The notes below the pieces were generated by a model. It was not told the DNA's origin. It saw only the letters and a list, made by a program, of their open reading frames with translations, and searched no databases. The position numbers and the translations under genes were made by a program. Source: Diadema antillarum (lineage: Eukaryota). Taken from it: a stretch of DNA of 64,000 bases. Positions 11,454-22,400 of the stretch are shown one piece after another. The stretch spans positions 186,001 to 250,000 of the forward strand of contig NW_027272500.1 of the NCBI RefSeq assembly GCF_040938485.1. Direction: 5' to 3'. The first letter of the stretch is position 1. Every line of letters starts with the position of its first letter.

Positions 11454-14400
11454 GCGTGTGCGAGTGTATGTGTGTGTGTGTCTGTAACTTTATCATGCTA
11501 TAACAAGGAACACATCAATCCAACTCTTACATTTACGTCTACTTAATTCTGATGTAACATTGCACCCAGATGTGATTACACAGAAGCAAGGAGCAGAAAT
11601 TTTCATCAAAACTGAGGCCTAAAAGTCTTGATTGTCAAGCTCGTTCGAAAAGTCTGCTTTCAGGAATTGCGCCATCAAATTTGTCAAGAGGGCATCTTAT
11701 TGTTCTTAAAATGACAAATTTCAAAGACCCTTGCCTCCAAAGTCATAATTTTATCTAGCGCATTCGGGTTGTACTTCATTTTCCACAAAGATTTCGTTGG
11801 TGGTGGTGAAGCCGACTGTCATGAAGCCGTCTGTAATTTGGCCGCCATTCAAAAACCATGTTGGTACAGCCGAGTCTGAGACATTATTTCCTGTGCAAAC
11901 CGCGGTGACTTCACGGCCATCTCGGAGATTCGAGGGTATCTCGAGGTTCAACGTCATTCCAGCTGCAAAGGAAATGTAGGAAGATTGACTGATAGATCCC
12001 AATAGAATCAATCTTGATAAAATCAAAAGAAATGTCTTCTACGCCTCAACAATGCATCCGTTATTCACAGTCTCAAATATTGCACAGGGTAACAACATGA
12101 TTAGTATTAGGCTTTCCCTTGTATCATGTATGGATATATGGATACATGGAATAGATTGATGGAATCAACAATGCAATTGACGTAATAATGTGATATACAT
12201 CAAAATGTTCAAACTAAATGAAACGGTAAGATAATTATGTTCATGAGTTTGAGGACCTTAATGCCCACTGTTGAATTTCCACTGAACGTTATGATTTCAA
12301 AGTTGCAGCAGATCTTTACGCTGTGCTGATTCAGACTTTTTAATGAAACACATATCGAAACGACGAAAAGTGCACAGTGATGAAGGTGAAGAAATAAACC
12401 AAGTCTTAAATGATTTTCTCTTACCAATGAGGTGAATGTTTATGAAAAGAAGCCCGACCTGCACCAATACTCTGTTGTCAATCATTGTGAGCATATTCCT
12501 GTAGATATTAAAATCCTGGTGGATAAAATGGGGGAAAAATCAATCAATTGATCGATCGATCAATCAATCAATCAATGGTATCACGAATGGACATGAGAGA
12601 GGCGATAAAAGACCTATAAAACCCAAAGTAGTTATTTTCGATTTACAAGGTTTTACGATTAGTTGAGTAATACGCTTGATATGATAGAATAAAAATTGAT
12701 ATTTCGAAGAGAAACACAATCTGCATTTTTTGATTGATTTCCTCACACTTACTCGCGAGTATCTTTCAAAAATATGAGGAGAAGTTGAAAAATAAGTTTT
12801 GAAATTCGCCAATCTCCAGAAATAAACTGTTCTGCCTCGTTTACCATGAAGCTAGTATCAAATCAGGGTCGGTACCATGCGTGCATTTAAAATGTCTGGC
12901 TTTTATTGAGTCACTAGTACGATACGTGCATATGAAAGAGGCATCTCACATGACAGAATCCACAAGATTAGTCCGCGTATTGTGATGTGTCATTCAGTTT
13001 CCTGCTTCCCAAGCAGCCACGATTTTGTCTTTTGTTTTTGATGACGCCTCGTTCTTACATTTTACCCAAGATGAATGTTAATTTCATGATCTCTTCATTT
13101 TACAATTGAATGGTGAAATCTTTTTGATTTAGATTTCAAGTCCTTGTCTGCATCACGATGCGATTATATGTCGAATTTTTACTATGAGGCATTACATGGA
13201 ACATTTTGAGTATTTCAATATATCATTGCTTTTGGCAAATTCGAACAATTCCTTTGCATTGAATGGAATGAAGTTTGTTTTCTGCATGTAGTTCGGAAAA
13301 AAAGTCATGCCATTTGTTTGTTTGTTTGTTTGTTTGTTTGTTTTCTGCGTAATCGGCGTTTCAAGTGTTTTGGTTGTTGTAACTGCAAATTGAAAAGTAT
13401 AGGGTTGAAAAACACCGATCAATGTTTCCACTAAAATGAGATGTGGGGACAGAAACGTGAAAATGTATCTATATCATATATATGTGACCGTGCATCACAA
13501 AATGAACAAAAAGTCGCACGCACTGATTTTGTGTGAGGACTAAAAATAGGTGAACAGGGTCAATTTGGTCAATTTTGACTTTTTTTATATTTTCCTGAAA
13601 GAGCAAGTCTTCTTCTACATTATGCTAAAATTTGGTATCATGAAATGGACAGGAAAGTGTGTCTTTGGGTAGTTTATCTCGAACTCTTTTTCTCTCGCCA
13701 TGTTTTTTGTTAGTCATATTAATATCACAGAAACATTCAAGTTATGCTGAGGCGAGAGGAAGGTGCATTCAAATATCTTTTGTTAAACATTTCAGTACTT
13801 TAGCAATGATTGACAGATGAGGTCATCTGAAGAATATTGGTTTGATTTTTTTTTTTTTGTGTGTGGGCGTTCCCAAGTAATCTGAAGAAAAATTGGGGAA
13901 AAAATCGTTAAGAATATGGAATGTTTCTTGATATTCATTTCACCGCTAAAGTGATGTTGAGGGTATCATAAATCAATTCAAATCAACACGCATTTGGATT
14001 TCAGGGCCCCTTTAAGGACATTTCAAATCGATGATATCCTTTGATAAGAATAGGGCCTATGTTTATCTATAAAGAAATGCTTTTTTTAACACGAGCCGTT
14101 TTATTTAGTTCAGTATGGCAGATGAAAGAAAAGTAATAGAGAAAATGACATAAACGAATTCGATTCAAATGTGGTTTAGTAGGGTAATGTCAAAGGGACA
14201 TTAATGCCTTCATTGTGAAAATGGACGAGATTTGTCATGGTGGGAAACCAGACACTGCCTGTCAGTCATAGATCATGTAGCTTCTTAAATCCTACACTAT
14301 TTCTTCCTGTCTATTGACATGATGCTTTATCGTTGTTCCGTCTCATGTATCACTGCTCTTGTTTTCACTGCTCGTCATATTACCGGTTTTTGTTGACTTT

Positions 14401-15475
14401 TGTCATCCTCAGATTCCTTGACGTGAATAATCTCACTGTACTTCCTCCATTAATTGTACTCGATACCAGATATGATAGCTATTATGTGCACGGATACAGG
14501 GATCAACTTTCACATGCAGACCCTTCAAATGCATGCACTCATATTAAATGCGTTCATGAATGTGAGTGCATGTAACCGTGCATATTAGTATTTTTCAGAT
14601 ATAAATTACAGACTTGATTCTTATGCTAATCGTGTAGAAAATAAGAAGAGAAAAATAAACTAATCTTAGTCGTATCAATCTCTCTCATCCGTTTATTTCC
14701 CCATGGCAAACCAGGAAAAATATTCTAAAATAATAATGTGTCGAAAATACACTTCAAGCAGCTGGTAAAGCACCCTAAGAACTCTTATATATTAAAAATC
14801 TATTCAAACATTTTCAATATTAATGGCTTGTTTAAAGGCAGTAATTTGGCATTTAACAGGGCACCTGCAATACATACAACAATAAATAGAGAGCTTGCTT
14901 CCAAAAGGCGCTAAATCCATAATTTTTCAATGGATTTAGCGCATTTTGGAAGCAAGCTCTTCAAATAAGTTTGGCACTTTCTTAAATGAAATCTATGAAA
15001 AGTTCAACACATTGCGCATTGGATTTACAAGCTACTGAAAGGAGTTTTTTTTTTTTCAAACTAAGGAGTTGTTTCTTTCAAACCCCTTTATTGCTATTGA
15101 TACATTTACTTGTTGATACATTTACTTGTACATTTACTTGTTGATACACTCAACAAGCTTTGCTTTTTAGTAGGTTCCATCGTATTTCTCTTTGCATCCT
15201 TTACTTTGATTGAAAATGACACATCGACCGTTATGTATTATTTTCGTATTCCTATTTCTTCATGTATATATCCAAGCTGGACATTCTGTATTATTATATT
15301 TTGTTATATACCAGATATTTTCCATCGAGAAATACGAAAATAAAATTGAAATTGAAAAAAATTGAAATGCATTTAATGATTGTGAAACAGAAACTAAAAT
15401 GATTCTTACAGGAAATGCTGATGGTTGGCGTCTTGTTCTGGCCCCACGTCTGGTGGATCCTTTTCATGCCATCTC
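3612..15475 (-). CDS. Copy A: SP-(Ig-a)-X-SRCR-(Ig-b)-TM type I membrane receptor with no stalk domains (about 303 aa if all exons are joined)
   Basis: Exons: 15410-15475 (5' exon), 12425-12498 (ATG 12485), 11775-11962, 9112-9190, 8275-8583, 5697-5825, 3612-3757. The joined CDS is 912 nt and open. All junctions are GT-AG; the Ig-a donor (GTACAA) is weak and inferred. Confidence 0.7.
3814..4803. mobile_element. TIR element (27-bp perfect TIR CTGAATATAAGAACGACCCAAGTCCAA) containing a nested MITE
   Basis: Perfect inverted repeats at 3814-3840 and 4777-4803, a third motif copy near 4613; no clear TSD. Confidence 0.65.
3915..4604. mobile_element. TGTGAC-TIR MITE, nested
   Basis: Both TIRs with TA flanks; near-identical inverted copy at 42404-43094. 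Confidence 0.85.
5150..5420 (+). pseudogene. Decayed Tc1/mariner transposase fragment
   Basis: MNPTELAWKAVGRAMNNREAIPENC resembles the Tc1 C-terminal 'SPDLNPIEHLWD.LGR.V' motif; upstream frames are broken. Confidence 0.5.
5697..5825 (-). CDS. Copy A Ig-b exon (C-terminal half of a C2/I-type Ig domain)
   Basis: tttttaag|...CAA T|gtaagt, 129 nt, phase 1/1; TVNVATYSVRSELTLDPTVADHGGVLQCSLLSSEQLRTLHVQ carries an Ig E/F-strand motif (SxLxLxPxxxDHGxxLxC). Confidence 0.85.
8142..8208. repeat. Microsatellite (A)n(TA)n, representative of many
   Basis: Others: (AC)n near 961, 16967, 39902; (AG)n near 17155, 39828; (TA)n near 11421, 28610, 39145, 39620; (TTTG)n near 13313; (ATCA)n 53951-54000. Confidence 0.95.
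8275..8583 (-). CDS. Copy A SRCR domain exon
   Basis: acacag|TG AGG...ACC A|gtaagt, 309 nt, phase 1/1; RLVGG..GRVE...WGTVCDD.W...VVCRELG...EDAGVRC signature. Confidence 0.95.
9112..9190 (-). CDS. Copy A exon X (short Cys-rich linker)
   Basis: Donor GCG G|gtgagt conserved in all 3 copies; frame kept across copies despite a 6-nt indel; TKFESIATTLHYCHCNTNSTTCPGYA; acceptor ambiguous (9190 or 9171). Confidence 0.65.
11775..11962 (-). CDS. Copy A Ig-a exon (N-terminal half of the Ig domain)
   Basis: ctttgcag|CT GGA; GMTLNLEIPSNLRDGREVTAVCTGNNVSDSAVPTWFLNGGQIT has the B-strand Cys and C-strand WxxNG; 3' end uncertain (reads through to TAA 11751-11753). Confidence 0.7.
12425..12498 (-). CDS. Copy A signal-peptide exon
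   Basis: tacag|G AAT ATG...ATT G|gtaa; MIDNRVLVQVGLLFINIHLI, phase-1 end; ACAATG start conserved in 3 copies. Confidence 0.8.
13483..13690. mobile_element. Truncated TGTGAC-TIR MITE (one end only)
   Basis: ta|tgtgaccgtgcatcacaaaatgaac..., matches the first about 200 nt of 3915-4604. Confidence 0.75.
14889..14961. mobile_element. About 75-bp palindromic mini-MITE
   Basis: GAGCTTGCTTCCAAAAGGCGCTAAATCCAT...ATGGATTTAGCGC.TTTTGGAAGCAAGCTC; second copy at a non-equivalent site (63786-63861). Confidence 0.7.
15410..15475 (-). other. Copy A 66-nt 5' (probably UTR) exon with an upstream ATG
   Basis: gcag|GAGATGGCATG...TTTCCT|gtaag; identical length and splice signals in B and C. Confidence 0.55.
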
Positions 15476-15667
15476 CTGCGATCCAATACTTACATGCAGA
15501 ATTTCTTTCATACTGAGAAACTGCTTTCAGTTAAAAACATTTTGAAAATTTCAGTCCAGTCTCGAAACTCGCGAACGTGATTTTTGGGCAAATTTCATGT
15601 ACATTTACTATTCAATAGAGCTAGTCTAACATAATCACGTCAATAGCAAACAACAAAATTATTTATA

Positions 15668-15803
15668 NNNNNNNNNNNNNNNNNNNNNNNNNNNNNNNNN
15701 NNNNNNNNNNNNNNNNNNNNNNNNNNNNNNNNNNNNNNNNNNNNNNNNNNNNNNNNNNNNNNNNNNNNNNNNNNNNNNNNNNNNNNNNNNNNNNNNNNNN
15801 NNN
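15668..15803. other. Assembly gap (136 N)
   Basis: Run of N; the equivalent site in copy C (about 63740-63940) is a (TA)n/(CA)n microsatellite patch. Confidence 0.99.
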
Positions 15804-16963
15804 TCTTTTTTAAGAAGTTTTGCCTTATTGACATATTCCTTATGGTTCTTTATCTCTTTATTTCTTCCTTTATATGTTATAACACCCTTTCATTGCTATT
15901 TTTGGGCAACCTATTCAATTGGGAACACGATATCTCATCAATTAAATTCATCTTTCTTAGTTTCAATGTTGACGCTATTTTCGTGCGATGTTTAATCGAT
16001 AACACAGGCAAAGATTTAGAAAATTATGCAAAGTAAGGCAAGCAAACGTCATTATTGGTTTTTATTACTGAATGAGAATGCGACCTGTGCGAAACATTTA
16101 TAAAAAGTGAGAAATAATTACAGAGCGTTGTGACTATTGGAGAAAAAAGTAAGACAATAAATACGCCTAAAAGGGTCACCTGGGCAAATTCAGATTACTT
16201 GGTGAATGTACCTAAAAATTAACTGGTAACCATTTTAGCAGAGCATGTCATAAACATGTCCTTATGTGATTTCACTTAATTAGACAGAATGAGAAAGAAG
16301 ATTGTTCAGTAGCGACAACCATTTTTGTTGGCTGGATGGGCTCATCGCTTCGCAGATGCAATGGATACTAGAAATAATGAAAAGAAAGAAAATACTAAAA
16401 AAGAACAGATGAAATAGTTTTCTTTGTTTTGGTGATTGCTTGATTGCCCCTCATCGACATACTGTGAATACTGGACCTTTATTCAAAGCACAGCCCACGG
16501 CATTTGGGCAATGACTTCCAAATTCCCAATATCTCTGTTTTGCTCCTAGTATACAAATGTTATGCGATGAATTAAAATTCACAAATTGAGGGCTACATGC
16601 TTTTAATGAATCTTAGTCCATCGCAGTAAATATAAGAAATATGAGAAACTGTATTTTAGAGCGTAGACTTTTTGGGTTTTTTTCAGAGTGAATCTGAAAT
16701 GTTTGGAATATTCTGATATAGCATTTATGATACATAATTTCACTGATGTGTATGATTATTACATGTATATGATGATGAAATAAAGATGACCGTAATGTTA
16801 ATATGTGTCATTGATTTTCTTATGCATAACTTTGGAAACTGGTTTATTATTTACACTCATGTTTATGATATGCGTACTTTGATAAGTTTCTATTACTTTT
16901 GTAGGTTTTGATATTGCTCTTGGAAATTGATCGAATGCAAAAGTGAAAATGTAAAAAAAAAGA

Positions 16964-17006
<43 letters not shown>

Positions 17007-17152
17007 AATGATAACAAGTGAACAAAAAGTCTGCAATCTTATCCAACTTTTCTTTGAAATGTAGGTCGGATTTTACCACAATTGCTGAACACAGCTTTCC
17101 CGTTTACGCACACACACACACACACGCATCACATTACACATATAAAATTATT

Positions 17153-17190
<38 letters not shown>

Positions 17191-18083
17191 TATCATACAG
17201 AACTAACATTCGGTTTGGAACAAGCAAGGAATGACCTCAAACACAACGCAGTTGACGAGAAATTGAACATAATTTAACATAAACACATTTAACACTAAAC
17301 CTATTTGTATAAATGACAGCGGTAAGTTGAGGAAGGAGTGTCATAATCTGGTACTGCAGACATAGCGTACATCTCTTTGGAAACTTCCCAAATTGTAATT
17401 TTCTTCCTTTTTTTTTCTACATGGTTTCCATCATAACCAAATCATATGACTGCAAACTGCGAATAGACAGAAATGTAAGTGTACAAAATACATTTGCCTC
17501 AACATTATTACAATCGTTTTTTCTTTTTCTTTTTTTTCCCTGCCTCGGTAATGTGTAATAAGTATGTCACGATACTATAAAACACACACACAAACACACA
17601 CACACACAAACACACAAAGTATGTACGAGACATTCTCGACTAGATGAAAACACATTAATGAAATCTGACGAGAGATAGAAGGCATCAGTCTCAATCTTTA
17701 TCGCTACTACTCTTTACTGGGTAACATACTTTCTCCAATATGTATAGGCTATATCAATGTTACAGGATTTGGTTAATCGGTAGCGAAACAAGACTGAAAT
17801 CATGTAGTGATTAGCCAAAAATAAAATCTTACTACTAAACTAACTATAACTTGTTCTCTTATCAACATTGCTGTGAATATACCAATAGGTATTAAGACAG
17901 GGCTGGTGAAATGGGGGGGGGGGGGGGGCAGCTCCCTCCGCACTTTTTTTTTTTTTTGCAGAACATAAATTGTGTGACGTTTTGCCCCCCCCCCCAAACT
18001 TTTTCGTGAAATATTGGGTTTGGTGTTTTGTTTTGTTTTGTTTTGTTTTTTTTTTGTTCCTTCGCCCCTTTTGCAGATCATAA

Positions 18084-18756
18084 TGTGACCGTGCATCACA
18101 AAACCAACAAAAAATTGCACTCTTGATTTTACGTGGGGACTCATAAAAAAGGTGAAACAGGTCGACCAAGTCTTTTTTAGTTTTCCATATTTTCTGAAAG
18201 AACTATTCTTCTTCGACTTTATTTGTGAGGTTAGAATCATAAAATCAATGGAAAAGTTGGTTTTCGACAGTTTTTATGACCCCTTTTTGATAGAGTTGTG
18301 AGATCAGGTACATCTTACAGGCACCTTTTCATTTCTTGAAAAATCTTTCGCACATTCTCCGCTTTCAACTCTGATGAACTTTTGAAAAGATAATGCTGCT
18401 GCTTTGAAAGTAAAGTTGGCGTTAATCATGGACAGAACGTGTTAGAAGAGCATGCTCAATCCCTCATCGTTGGTGCTACGGTGATGTACATTATGTTTTT
18501 TTTTATCCCACACATCACACACCTAGCAAGGTTTGGTAAAGATTAAGCGCTTGAATACACCCTGTACTTCAGAGCCTCTTTTCTTGATTCACACTTTTCC
18601 AAAAAGTGTGCTTTCTTTCCAATAATTAGATAGGTTAGGAAAGTCCATTTGAATTGAGTTATACATTAAAGCTTAGAGCCTGCTCTTTCAGAATCCACCC
18701 TCAACTAAGAATTAATGTCTGGCTATTTTTTGTTGGTTTTGTGGTGCAGTGTCACA
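18084..18756. mobile_element. TGTGAC-TIR MITE (older copy, TSD not intact)
   Basis: tgtgaccgtgcatcacaaaaccaac...gttggttttgtggtgcagtgtcaca; body homologous to the other copies. Confidence 0.8.
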
Positions 18757-19338
18757 GATGGTGTGACTTTTTGCACCACCCCCCTTTCCATTAAAATAGA
18801 TAAGGGTATGTCGTTTGTTTTTTTATGCTGCTTCTCACTCGATGTAGAAGAATTTGGGAGGGAAGTGGCAGCAAAACGTCGCAGCCAGTTCTGAAAACGA
18901 ATCGACATCCAAGTTCCAATAAGGTCGATAAATTGATAAGTTGATAGAAATACATACACATAGATATATGCTAGCTATGACAGAAAATTTATCGATTTAA
19001 ACCTAAAACTTTCACAGTAAGTCACAATTGCATATATCTATGAAAACAAGCTAATCGCACGAAACCTACATTGGCAATACAGTAATCGAAACTTCCTGTC
19101 TTACATTGTTATGTAAATCCGTGGTTTTGTAAAGAGCAGGATTAGAATAAAAGGAAATGTAGTGTTCAATTTATAAAAAAAAAAACACATGAGGAAACCT
19201 AAAAAGTATCTCATTATAAAAAGAGGAAAATAGATTAAATATAAGAAACGCAGATTGAAAATGAAAGTTCAGCTTTTCTCAGTGGACTCAGTCAAGTCAA
19301 TAAAAGACGACTGGAATGTATTACAAGGCGTTTAATTT

Positions 19339-19475
19339 TCAAGAGAGACTTATCTCTCTCCTCTTCACGATCACTGTCGCACAGGTCAACAACGACAGGA
19401 AGAACACGGCGACAAGCAGGGCGTACGTGGTCGACGGCTGCTGAAGAACTCCTCGACGAAGACCAGCAATTGGAC
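19339..19475 (-). CDS. Copy B TM/tail exon
   Basis: ttacag|GT CCA; PIAGLRRGVLQQPSTTYALLVAVFFLSLLTCATVIVKRREISLS*. Confidence 0.85.
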
Positions 19476-22400
19476 CTGTAAGACATGACCAGATATTAAG
19501 GGAGTAAAAACTTATTTCGACATAACAGAAAAAGAATCACAAAGATGTTATGGTGAAATTTCACTCCGAGTCCAGACAGTAAGACCCCAGATTTCTCGTC
19601 AACAACTGGTCGTATCATCTACAGGATGTAATAATGTTTGACACCGTCTTTGAGTGTTTCTTAGAAGTAAAATTTTAACTGATAAACAAACACAGAGATT
19701 CCTGGTTTCGAGTGACTTTTACTATTAGAACATGTCTTACAAAATCTAGGCAAATTGGTTTAATAGATTTAGAGTTATGAATACACGGTGACTCCTTGTT
19801 CGATGTAAAAATATATTTATCTCTTCGCTTATGGCTGATCATATTAATTTTGTTACTCATTAATTTTGTTACTCATTATTACTAGTATTTTGTAATTTAA
19901 GTTTTTCAATAATTACAGATACGTTCTGCTTATGCATTGTATATAGTTTTCTTTGTTTATTTGATGGTAACGAAAATAAATTTAATCTTTGAACGTCAAC
20001 TTGAACATTGAGTCATCATCAGAGTACCTCGCACTGACTTTAATACCTTTCTCGAAGCCAAAAGTTGGACAGTGTTCAACACTGGTGAAGGTCCAGCCAA
20101 TCCCGTTCGTCCCAGAGCACGTGACATTGATGCACCTGTTGCCAGGGCGTGGTCTGAAGAGAGCCGAGGCGCAGCTGGACGAGGAAAGCGTGGTGTTGTC
20201 GACTCCGATGGTGTAAGTGTGGAGGTGTGGGAACGGCTGGTCTTGAAGCCTGACGTGACACGTGATAACGAGAATGACCTGGCTTCCTTCGATCTCCTGG
20301 GTCTCGATGGAGAGGATGTTACTTGCGGGGGGTGCGTGACCTATGAGAGCAAAGAACAACATAATTGATTTGTCTTCATCCTAAAGCAAAGCAACATTAA
20401 TCACAACAAGCCTCTCTTCGACAAATTGTGTCAAAACATAACATCAATCATGTAATTTGAATCTAACTTTAAAGCAGATATCGATTCAAACATTTCATTC
20501 AATTTTCGCTCTTTCCTTTTCCTATAATCTCCACAAAAAACGGACTATGTTACAGAGCACAAAACATATAAAGCATATACATACATTAATACAAAGACTT
20601 TCAGACATTCAAGATATGCTGTTACCATTTCCTATAATATAACCAACACCCATACCAAGCCTACACCTGTTCTCAGTGGCAGTGTCACATTCTTTATAAT
20701 CAGAACCCACAAGAAACTTACCTGTTCTCAGTGGACAATAATTCCGCGTAGAAATCGTCTCCCCGAATTGATTGATACCGGTGCAAGATATATCGATACA
20801 TCGATTGGGTTGATCTTCCATGATCGTTGAAGAGGAGTTGGATCTTGACAAAATGTCTCCATCAGCGGTGATTTCGAACACACCGATCGGTGGAAACGGT
20901 TGATTGATCGGATCCACGTGACACGAGATATTGAGACTCGTTCCCCAGTTATCCTCGTCTTCTTCTACCTTGATAGAGATGATATCAAGTGCAGGTGGGT
21001 CTGAGGAATAGAGAAAGATGTGGTCGAAGATGAATTGATTTTATCAAAAAAGAAATTCACAATCAAAGTTTTACAAGTACACAATAGATTGTTTGTTAAT
21101 TAAATTTATATTTGTATATAATTATTCGAAGCTCAGCCCTAACTTCTGGTCAGTGTTGGTCTGTTCGGGCCAATAGAATGCTTAAATCTATGATTTGTTG
21201 GCTCCTGAAATATAATAATTTGTTCAAAATAAAAGCAAACGTAATGTGAATCTGAGTTGCCCGATTGAATAATTTAATCATGTTAATGTAGGTGTATAAT
21301 ATACATTTATATTTGCATATAATATGTATAAATACTAAAGTAATGAGTAAAATGTTTTAAGCAGAACAACGAATTCTTTGCATGACTTTCATTATAAATG
21401 GCATCCGTTTGCAATCACAAACATTATTTGCTTCTTTTTTTGCCCGATTTGTACTGACAAATGGGGAAAAGATCCCCATACCGAAAAGGAATAGAATTCG
21501 GTAAATCACAATGATTCCCCGACTCTAAATTACTACAAATCATTGAAAACATTTTCCAAAATACAGGTTAAAGCATAATTGTATGACAAGCAGACCATGG
21601 GAGAGAGACAATCTTTTTTTAATTTCCTAAGGCTCACCCCTCGGACAGTGTCTCGCCGTAGCGGAAGTAATTCCGACGCCATTAGTTGCGGAACACGTGA
21701 CATGAATACACCTGTTTGGGCGTGGTCTCAGGACGGTCGAGGTCCAGCTCGCGTTGGACAAGATGGTCCCATCAACTCCAATTGAATACAAATGGAGGTA
21801 CGGGAACGACTGGTCGCTCAAGTTCGCTCTGCACAGGATTAGCAGATTCATCTGACGGTCTTAGTCCAGAAACTCCAAAGTCTTGATCGACAAGATATCA
21901 GCAGCTGGAGGCTCGCCACTGGTTTCTATAAGTAGATAAATACATCCGTAACAATGATTGGGAGAATGGTTTTCCAGAGATCGTTAAAGGAATGACAGTT
22001 ACTACAGAAGTATGCTAGCGGTATTATTAATTTTCGCATTCGGAGCACAACAGTGACACTAATAAAAATTGTACAACTCATTATGGGAATGATACCCGTC
22101 ATCAAATAAAAGTTTCGAAGGGTATGGCATGTGGTTACCCTGCACGGTATTTTACGTACCTCGGAGACATCGGATTTCTTCAAAACTTGTAAAGATTTTG
22201 ATACTACATACTCTTAGAACGAAAATGGTTAACATCATTACCATCGTTATCACGTCTTCTTTTTTTTTTTTTGATAGTTTACGTGGACACACAGAGTTAA
22301 AGGGGATGGCTAGTAACTGATCAGTGGGAATCAGTGGGAATGCTGGAGGTTGATTGTTCCAATCCTTGTGGGATTCATTTAAGAGTACATTATGTATCTA

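Noticed and set aside
11730-11740. GC-type donor (AG|GCAAG in A, AG|GCGAG in C), phase 1, as the true Ig-a 3' end
   Set aside because: It lies downstream of the in-frame stop in both copies and is absent in B.
14270-14640. Conserved block (also about 36240-36600, 62660-63050) with candidate donor CCG|GTAAT
   Set aside because: No matching acceptor or conserved frame identified; cannot be distinguished from duplicated intron.
15410-15475. 66-nt exon as a cytoplasmic-tail exon of the preceding copy
   Set aside because: The TM exons already contain the stop codon, and no donor precedes it.
15668-15803. Gap hiding a missing exon
   Set aside because: The equivalent interval in copy C is only microsatellite plus a mini-MITE.
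19339-19475. GPI-anchor signal rather than a TM helix
   Set aside because: The hydrophobic stretch is followed by a basic KR[RK] stop-transfer and a polar tail in all copies.
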